The notes beneath the pieces are model-generated. The model did not search any database. It saw nothing but the letters and a program-made list of their open reading frames with translations, and had not been told where the DNA came from. The position numbers and the translations under genes are program-made. 64,000 nucleotides of DNA, from the NCBI GenBank assembly GCA_000092065.1, contig CP000593.1; one strand, 5' to 3'. This document shows positions 57,445-64,000 of this stretch, piece after piece (the stretch's first letter is position 1; each line of letters opens with the position of its first letter). The DNA is from Ostreococcus lucimarinus (Eukaryota).

Positions 57445-59664
57445 CTAATTTCTAATAATTCTACGCACGATGTCATGCTCGGAGACGATGACGTCGCGCG
57501 CCGCGGCGTCTTCGACGAGCGAACGCAACGCGTCGACGCCGCATCGAGACAACGTATCGCGCGACCCGAGGACAATTGAGGAATATTTTGCGCGCGTCAG
57601 CGCGACGTTGAGACGACGTTTATCGGATAAAAATCCCACGTTCGCCTTTGCGTTGCTTCGCACGGCGGAACACACGACGACGTCCGCCTCGCTTCCTTGA
57701 AACGAATCGACGCTGTGCACCGCCACATCGCGAACGCCTGCTCGTTGCAAAGCTCGAGCGATGGCACGAACTTGCGCGCTGTAAAACGTAATGCACACGA
57801 CGAAAAGCGTCGGAGACTTGGTTTTCAACGCTCGAATCAGCGCACACGCGACGTCGGCCTCGCGCTGGTTCCACTTCGATTTTCCCACTCCGCCACTCTC
57901 GACGCTCGCCACGTCCACGAAGGCGTACGACGGCACGCTGGATGAAAGACCTTGCGGGAGATTTCGCGTCAACACGTGATCGGCGTTCGCGAGGCGTCCA
58001 CCGTAAAATTGCGCTGCAGGCCAACTCGCGATCGACGGATGCATTCGGTATTGCGTGTCGAGCAAACTCGCGCGCTCGGCGTTCGCGGACATCAATCGTT
58101 CCATGAGCGAAGTCGCGTGGCCGTGACGTCGAGCGATTTCCGAGATCAACGTGGCTGGCAACTGCGCAGGATCGCCCACGAGCAGTGCTTTTCTTGGATA
58201 CCGCAAAAATGGAATCGCAATCTCCGGCTCGAGCGCCTGCGCGGCTTCGTCCACGACGAGGGCGTCGGGCTGCTCGAGCGAAGACATGATCGACTGGCCT
58301 GCGCTCGCGAGCGTGCAGAACACCAAGCTCGCGCGATTCAAAGCTTCGCGCGCGAATTCATCCGAACGCTCACCGCGCCCCGAGCCCTTTTCGATTTCTC
58401 GCGCGATCTCCTCACCTCGAGCGCGCATGGACGCTTCGTCGTCCATCGCGGCGACGGCGGAGAGACCTTCGGCGACGACGCCCTTGCAAAACGAAGGCGC
58501 TATGGATTCCAGAGCTCGCCGCGCGGCTTTCGCGCTCTCGCGAATGCCGTCGCCTCCCGAAACGAAAGATCGTCGAAAAGACGACGCGATGACGTTGCAA
58601 CGTTCGAAAATGAAATAATCCATCGCCCCGCCGTCGACCGACGACGCCTCTCGCAACGTATCCTCGGCGCCCGTGAGCACGCACGGCGCGGCGTCTTCGC
58701 CGCACGTTCGCAGGTAAAGTTCCATCACGACGCACACAGCCTTGTTGCTCGGCGCGCACACGAGTACGCGCTGTTTCTTCGCCGCGAGCACCGCGAGGAG
58801 CGATACGATGAAGTGCGTCTTCCCACATCCCGGCGGTCCTTGAACCATTTGTAACTGATCGAAATGCCCGTCGCGCGCGAAGAATCGACGCAACGCCCGT
58901 CGCTGCGACGCATTCAGCGGTAAAACGTACTCGCCCTCGCGCTCGTCGCACGAGGATTCATCATCACCCTCGACACCACTTTTCCCGTCGACTCGCTCGT
59001 CGTCGTCTTCGTCGGAATCGCTAAATTTTATGTGCGTCGCGCGTTTGGCGCCGACGATTTGGTGCGCAAACGCCACGCGCGGTCGCACGAAGCACGCGTG
59101 CGCCATGCGCTGATACGAGACGAGCGACGCCAGCGCGACGGCTTTAAACTCGACGCCCTCGACGTCGTCGAAAATGCGCGAACGTTTCGCCAACAGCGGC
59201 ACGACGTCCGCGCCCCGCGCGTCGCCGCGTCCCCGCACGAGCGCGAGCGCCGAGCGCGTCTCGTCGTCGGCGCGACGCAACAGCACCACCGTCGCCGGTC
59301 GACGCCAATCCGCGTCGTCGCCTCCGCGCCTCGCCGTCTTCTCGCCACCGACGCGTCGCGCGCTCAGCTCCACGAATCCATCGCTCGCGCGCGTCTCCAC
59401 CACCTCCGCGTCGAACGCTTCGCCTCGTCCTCGCGACGTCGCCGCCGCCGTCGTCGCCCGCGCCTCCTCGTACGCCAACGCCTCGCACGTCGCGTACCAC
59501 GCGTCCGCGCTCGCGTACGTCGCGCGCGCCGCCACCATCCGCCCGCCCTCGCCCTCCCGCGCGTTCGCCGTCAGGTCTTTCGCCGTCCACGCCGCGACGG
59601 TTCGCTCGAACGCCGTCGCCGCCGTCGTCGCCCGTCGTCCCGTCGCGCGTCGTCGCCGTCGCCG

Positions 59665-59695
<31 letters not shown>

Positions 59696-59823
59696 AACGC
59701 GTCGCGCGACCTCGCGAGCGCGGACGATTCTTCTTCTTCTTCTTCGTCGTCGTCGCCGTCGTCGATCGCGCGCGCGTCGTCTCGGTCGTCGACCGCGCCG
59801 TCCCAGCCGAAATCGCTCTCCAT
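57445..59823 (-). CDS. Superfamily-1 helicase, Upf1-like (AAA_11/AAA_12; IGHMBP2/Sen1-type)
   Basis: GPPGCGKT (Walker A), DEAAQ, TQYRMHP, GFLSDKRRLNVALTRAK motifs. Acidic N-terminus. ATG verified at 59823. Confidence 0.75.
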
Positions 59824-59981
59824 CGCGCGCGTCGCGTCGCTCGCGCCTACGCCGTCGCCGACGCGCGTCGCGCGCGACGCGCGTCGCGCTCGAGCATCCC
59901 GCGCGCGCGCGCGCGCTCGCGGGGCCGCGCGACGACGCGCGGCGTCAGATTGTGACGCGGCATCGCGTCGGCGCTTCGCGA

Positions 59982-61910
59982 ATGTCGCGCGCGACCGACG
60001 CGGCGACCGGCGCCGCGTTCGTCGCGATCGACGACGACGACGGGACTCCGACGGTGGTGTTCGCGACGCTCGCGGGCGACGACGGCGCGCTCGCCGCGGA
60101 GCTGCGCGCGATGTGCGCGAACGTCGTCGACGGGAGATTCGCGTTTCCCGAGCGTCGCGCCGCGGCGCGCGCGCGGACGACGGACGGCGCGACGACGACG
60201 ACGCGATTCACGTTTTGCCTGACGCGCGCGGACGGCGCGCGGACGATCGGGGCGGTGCGACGCGTCGGCGCGAGGCGGGCGGCGGCGGCGCTGACGCGGA
60301 CGGCGCGGTTCGAGTACCACGACGACGTCCTGCGACACGCGATGACGCGCGCGATGGAGGCGCTGGACGCGACGGCGCGCGGGACGACGCGGGAACTCGC
60401 GCGGGGGGACGCGCTGTGGGAGTACCTGGATCGAACGATCGGGACGCGGGCGCCGACGGCGGGGACGACGGCGGACGTCGGGCTGCCGTGGACCGAGTTC
60501 GCGGGCGTCGCGACGCAGAGCGTGCGGCTGCGAGCGCCGGATCTGAGGAAGGAGTTTAACGGGGGGATAAAATTTACGGCGCTGTTGGACTGCGGGCACG
60601 TGGAGGCGGTGCTGGCGCTGTTCGCGGCGTTGGTGACGGAGCGACGGGTGGTGCTGACGAGCGGGCGGTTGGAGGCGGTGAGCGCGGCGGTGCACGCGGC
60701 GAACGCGGCGCTGTATCCGCTGAGTTGGCAGCACATATTTTTACCCGTCGTTCCGGAGGCGTTTTTGGATTATTTGACGGCGCCGATGCCGTTTTTGGTC
60801 GGTTTGCATTCGAGTCTGTCGGAGGACGCGAAGCGACTTCCGTGCGACGACGTCTTTACGTTGAATCTCGACGACGGATCGTTCACGTACTTTGAGGAAG
60901 ATTTCGAGGCGATTCCGTCCGGTCCGTTCACGCTCCTTCGCGTCGGGTTGCTCAGGGAGATCGAGCGCACGCGAGGTGAAGACTCGCAAGCGGTGGCGCG
61001 CGTGTTTCGAACGTTTTTCTCGAGCGTGCTCGGGCCGTACAAGCAGCACATCAAGGGCGTCGTCGCGCATCCGCCGCCTCGAGACGCCATCATCGCCGAT
61101 AGTTTATGGCTCGACCAACGAGGACTCGAGCTCGGAAACTTGAAGCACGCCGGCATTCTCGCCGCGATGCGAGGGACGCAAATGTACGAAGTCTTCGTGC
61201 GACAGCGATTGCGCATGTGCGCCCAGGTGGCGAGGAAAACCGGCTTCGTGCCCATGGGGGACGAAATCGTCGATTTCGATCTCGAAGAGGGCGAGTTGAC
61301 GCTTTCTGATTTAATGATGCGAGGTCAAGCGTTGTCCGAGCAGTTCGCCTCCGCTTCGTCGCACGCGTTCTCCGTGGGAAGCTCCGCGCTTCGCGAGACG
61401 ATGCGAAAGGCGAAGAAGGCGTACTCGACGTCAAAGACGATTCAGGGCATGCGCGAGGCGTTCGCATCGAAACGTTCGCAGCTCGCACACTCAATAGGAA
61501 AACTCAGAGAAAAGAGTTCGGAGGATTTGCAGGCGAAATGGGCGGAGTGGACGGACGAGGGAACGGCGAAGAATTTGAGTTTCGCCGAGGCGTCGACCGC
61601 AGAGGCGCCGGTTCCCGCGCCGCCGCAGACGCAATCACCGGTGGTCGAGCGCGAAGCCGTCGAAGTGAACGAACCAGTGGCGATGAGCGAGCCCATCGTC
61701 GACTCGCTCGCATCGGCACCGACGCCGGCTCCGACGCTCGCGTCGGCACCGCCGCCACGCGTCGAATCAGTCTCGGGCGCGGCAAACATGATGGCGAACT
61801 TGATGTCTTTCGACGACGCCGGAGACACGCTCGCCCCCGTGACGCCGTCTAAGCGCACGGGCGCGACGATGGCAGACGTTGACGAGCTCCCAAACTTAAT
61901 CGACATGTAG
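59982..61910 (+). CDS. DENN-domain protein (uDENN-cDENN-dDENN; putative Rab GEF)
   Basis: ALYPLSWQHIFLPVVPEAFLDYLTAPMPFLVGLH core DENN signature. ORF-track start 59952 is GTG. ATG verified at 59982. TGTAA about 20 nt after the stop. Confidence 0.7.
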   Translation: MSRATDAATGAAFVAIDDDDGTPTVVFATLAGDDGALAAELRAMCANVVDGRFAFPERRAAARARTTDGATTTTRFTFCLTRADGARTIGAVRRVGARRAAAALTRTARFEYHDDVLRHAMTRAMEALDATARGTTRELARGDALWEYLDRTIGTRAPTAGTTADVGLPWTEFAGVATQSVRLRAPDLRKEFNGGIKFTALLDCGHVEAVLALFAALVTERRVVLTSGRLEAVSAAVHAANAALYPLSWQHIFLPVVPEAFLDYLTAPMPFLVGLHSSLSEDAKRLPCDDVFTLNLDDGSFTYFEEDFEAIPSGPFTLLRVGLLREIERTRGEDSQAVARVFRTFFSSVLGPYKQHIKGVVAHPPPRDAIIADSLWLDQRGLELGNLKHAGILAAMRGTQMYEVFVRQRLRMCAQVARKTGFVPMGDEIVDFDLEEGELTLSDLMMRGQALSEQFASASSHAFSVGSSALRETMRKAKKAYSTSKTIQGMREAFASKRSQLAHSIGKLREKSSEDLQAKWAEWTDEGTAKNLSFAEASTAEAPVPAPPQTQSPVVEREAVEVNEPVAMSEPIVDSLASAPTPAPTLASAPPPRVESVSGAANMMANLMSFDDAGDTLAPVTPSKRTGATMADVDELPNLIDM

Positions 61911-62013
61911 AAACGTAGGAATAGCGCGCGCACTGTAAATAGCTTCAGCTTAGACGCTCGACGAAACGCGACGACTACTGTACGATTATCAAATCTCTAA
62001 ACTCTTGATCGAA

Positions 62014-62631
62014 TCAAGGCATCCCCGGCGTCCGCGGCGCCGCCCTCGCGCGTTGTCCGTCTCCACCTACATTCAAATATTCGACCGGAAACGTCGCATT
62101 CGACGTCGACGTTTCGCCTCGCCAAATCCGTCCCGCGCGCGGCGTCACCGCCCACCGTAATTTCACCTCCATCCCTCGTCCGGACAACCGCTCGTCCACG
62201 CTCCGTAGCTTATACTTCGCCCGTATCACGCCCTGTTTCCTCAATTTCTTCGCCTTACTCTCCGCGCTTTCCCATCTATCAAACTTTACCGCGTCGTCCC
62301 AAATCGTCGCCTCGTTGACGCCGCGCGTCTCCGTCTCCCACGACACCGTCACGTGCGCGAACACCATCTTCGTGTTCCAGCTCGCGCACGACGACAGATC
62401 GTAGTCTACTTCCAGCCTCACCACTGCCTCGTCTCGGCTGTCGGCGACGCGCGCGAAGCGTTCGTAGTCGACGACTCGAACGATCGGGCTTCGGGACATG
62501 AACGGCATCGAAGACGTCGGCGCGCAGGCGTGAAAGACATCGGTGACGGACGCGCACGCGACGAGGACGGCGAAAATGGCGACGGCGAGCGTGAGCGTGG
62601 CGTTGAGGCGGTGCCACGGGGAGTGGGACAT
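62014..62631 (-). CDS. SPCS3: Signal peptidase complex subunit 3 (SPC22/23)
   Basis: N-terminal TM helix then VDYDLSSCASWNTKMVFAHVTVSWETETRGVNEATIWDDAV (SPC22 ...WNTKQLF...WD block). ORF-track start 62694 is TTG. ATG verified at 62631. Confidence 0.65.
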   Translation of the reverse strand: MSHSPWHRLNATLTLAVAIFAVLVACASVTDVFHACAPTSSMPFMSRSPIVRVVDYERFARVADSRDEAVVRLEVDYDLSSCASWNTKMVFAHVTVSWETETRGVNEATIWDDAVKFDRWESAESKAKKLRKQGVIRAKYKLRSVDERLSGRGMEVKLRWAVTPRAGRIWRGETSTSNATFPVEYLNVGGDGQRARAAPRTPGMP

Positions 62632-62690
62632 GGCGGCGAGGCGCGCTCTGCGGCTGACCCGGGACGCGCGCGGACGGTTACAATACGAGG

Positions 62691-63548
62691 TCAAGCGGAC
62701 GCGTCGCCGCGCTCGCGCCTATTTTGGGCTTCTAAATCTTTCAACGCGGTCTCCACGCGACGCATGATCTGCGCGTGCAGATGGTCGCGCGCCTTGGCGT
62801 TCTTCTCGCAGCGCGCGCACTTGGCCGTCAAGTCGGTCAAATCGAGCGGTTCGCCGACGGTAACGTGCACGCGCTTACCCACGCCAATCTCCCATCGCCC
62901 GTACGGTTTTACGTCGGACATGCCGGAGTGCCAAAACGGTAGCACCATCGGCGGCGTTCCGCCCGCGATCTCGACGTCGCACAGCAATTTCGCCACGCCT
63001 CTTCGCATCGTTCCCAACTCTCCGTCGCGACTGACGCGACCCTCGGGAAACAAGTGCACCCAATCCCCTCTCAGTAACAGATTCGCCGCCGTTCGCATCG
63101 CCGGCTGCTCCACCCCACCGCCTCGCTTGATCGCCAGCGCCTTACCGCACAAGAAAAAGCTCTCTCGCAGCTTGGTTTTCGCGCAAATCTCATCCGTGCA
63201 CAGCGTCCACCGCACGCCCCCGCGCCGCGGCTCGCCGACGAAGACCGACCACGGGATCAGCGCGCTCAGCATTCCCGGGTCGTCGAACGTGCTCACGTGA
63301 TTGCACACCGTGAGTAATCCCTGCGCGTTCGCTCGATCGCGATTCGCGATGGCGCGCTCGAACGTCGCGAGATTCGTCGTCGTCGTGACGTTGGCGACGT
63401 CCAGGACGCACTTGCTGAACGCCGCCACCGCGGCGAGCACCGCCTGACGCCCGACGACGCCCCAGGGCGAGGCCGTGGGCAGGACGTCGTCGTAGACCGC
63501 GCGTCCGCTCGTCGAGGGCGCGGCGTCGCCGGACGACGGCGCGGACAT
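62691..63548 (-). CDS. TAZ: Tafazzin-family lysophospholipid acyltransferase
   Basis: TVCNHVSTFDDP (HxxxxD acyltransferase motif), DWVHLFPEGRVS, LPFWHSGMSDV collinear with tafazzin. ATG verified at 63548. Confidence 0.7.
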   Translation of the reverse strand: MSAPSSGDAAPSTSGRAVYDDVLPTASPWGVVGRQAVLAAVAAFSKCVLDVANVTTTTNLATFERAIANRDRANAQGLLTVCNHVSTFDDPGMLSALIPWSVFVGEPRRGGVRWTLCTDEICAKTKLRESFFLCGKALAIKRGGGVEQPAMRTAANLLLRGDWVHLFPEGRVSRDGELGTMRRGVAKLLCDVEIAGGTPPMVLPFWHSGMSDVKPYGRWEIGVGKRVHVTVGEPLDLTDLTAKCARCEKNAKARDHLHAQIMRRVETALKDLEAQNRRERGDASA

Positions 63549-63837
63549 CGGAGGCGAGGCGAGGCGCGCGCGCGCGGCGGCTTCGGGACGCCGCGCGGCG
63601 GCTTCGGGACGCGCGGACGCGCGCGCGGACGGCGAGGCGAGGGCGACGCGCGCGGGATGGGCGGCGAACGGTGCGCCGACGCGCGCGCTGGTGGACGGTC
63701 GACGCGGCGCGGAAGGGCGGCGCGGTGTGCGGGCGACGGGACGAACGCGTCGAGTGGTACGAGTTACAACGGCGACGAATGAATGAAAAAAGTTTGCGGT
63801 ACAGACGGATTCGTATCGAAAGAAAGAATGCGGTGAA

Positions 63838-64000
63838 TCACCGAATGCTCGTGCGCGCGAGCGTGCTGACGGTGTTGTCGCCGGCGCCCGAGACGGGGGA
63901 CTTCATGCCGGGGAAGACGTTCCAAAAGCGCAACGTCTCGTCGCCGGCGCCGGTGACGATGGTTTGGCCGTCGGGAGAAATGGCGAGAAAGAGCACGCGG
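63838..64000 (-). CDS. FZR: FZR/Cdh1-type APC/C activator, C-terminal fragment (5' part beyond window end)
   Basis: ...[32 protein letters not shown]...TSIR* : the last WD repeat and terminal IR dipeptide of Cdh1/CCS52. Stop TGA at complement of 63838-63840. Confidence 0.6.
   Translation of the reverse strand, partial: RVLFLAISPDGQTIVTGAGDETLRFWNVFPGMKSPVSGAGDNTVSTLARTSIR

Noticed and set aside
59174-60734. ORFs 59174..60559 (+) and 59847..60734 (-)
   Set aside because: They are Arg/Ala/Ser-rich artefacts overlapping the Upf1-like helicase and DENN genes in other frames.
1-64000. tRNA, rRNA, CRISPR arrays, transposons, and prokaryotic or viral insertions
   Set aside because: Intergenic spaces are mostly under 400 bp and GC-rich. 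I could not recognise any clover-leaf or rRNA-like segment, spaced direct-repeat array, terminal inverted repeats or compositionally foreign block. The only repeats are short microsatellites and the tandem promoter element.

Overview
This 64 kb window reads as a gene-dense stretch of nuclear DNA from a GC-rich (roughly 65-68% GC by eye; not computed) photosynthetic eukaryote, most plausibly a Mamiellophyceae (Micromonas-like) green alga. The genes are eukaryotic housekeeping types. An EF-1alpha-like protein (EFL) stands in for canonical EF-1A. There is an ELIP/LHC-like chlorophyll-binding protein with a transit-peptide-like N-terminus. TGTAA-type polyadenylation signals sit 10-40 nt after several stop codons. 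I call about 40 protein-coding genes on both strands, roughly one per 1.6 kb, with ATG-to-ATG spacings down to 27-160 bp. Clear homologs include calpain, UDP-sugar pyrophosphorylase, DNA primase small subunit, a DDX27/Drs1-type DEAD-box helicase, expansin, adrenodoxin reductase, TrmH/SpoU methyltransferase, a KDM5/JARID1 JmjC demethylase, BUB3, RqcH/NFACT, dihydroorotase, fibrillin, CCT6, L-asparaginase, a mitochondrial carrier, EFL, aminopeptidase P, MLH1, an AlkB-Trm9 (ALKBH8-like) fusion, NDRG, a Upf1-like helicase, a DENN protein, SPCS3, tafazzin and the C-terminal tail of FZR/Cdh1. The supplied ORF track starts many ORFs at GTG or TTG, and most of its long Arg/Ala/Pro-rich ORFs are GC-content artefacts antisense to real genes. 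Every start I report was checked to be an ATG in the sequence. I found five spliceosomal introns by homology-guided reading: in the expansin, KDM5, CCT6, aminopeptidase P and MLH1 genes. They share a tight donor G(T/C)GCGT (the expansin donor is GTGAGG instead) and an almost invariant branch motif GACTGACG 17-36 nt before the acceptor. The aminopeptidase P intron appears to be GC-AG. The main hunt findings are these. A 17-nt element CGTATG(G/C)GTAAACAGTG occurs four times in three promoter regions. An in-frame TAG splits a PHD finger of the KDM5-like gene. An AlkB-Trm9 fusion is present. A tryptophan-rich WxEKW repeat protein has no recognisable family. I recognised no rRNA, tRNA, CRISPR or transposon.
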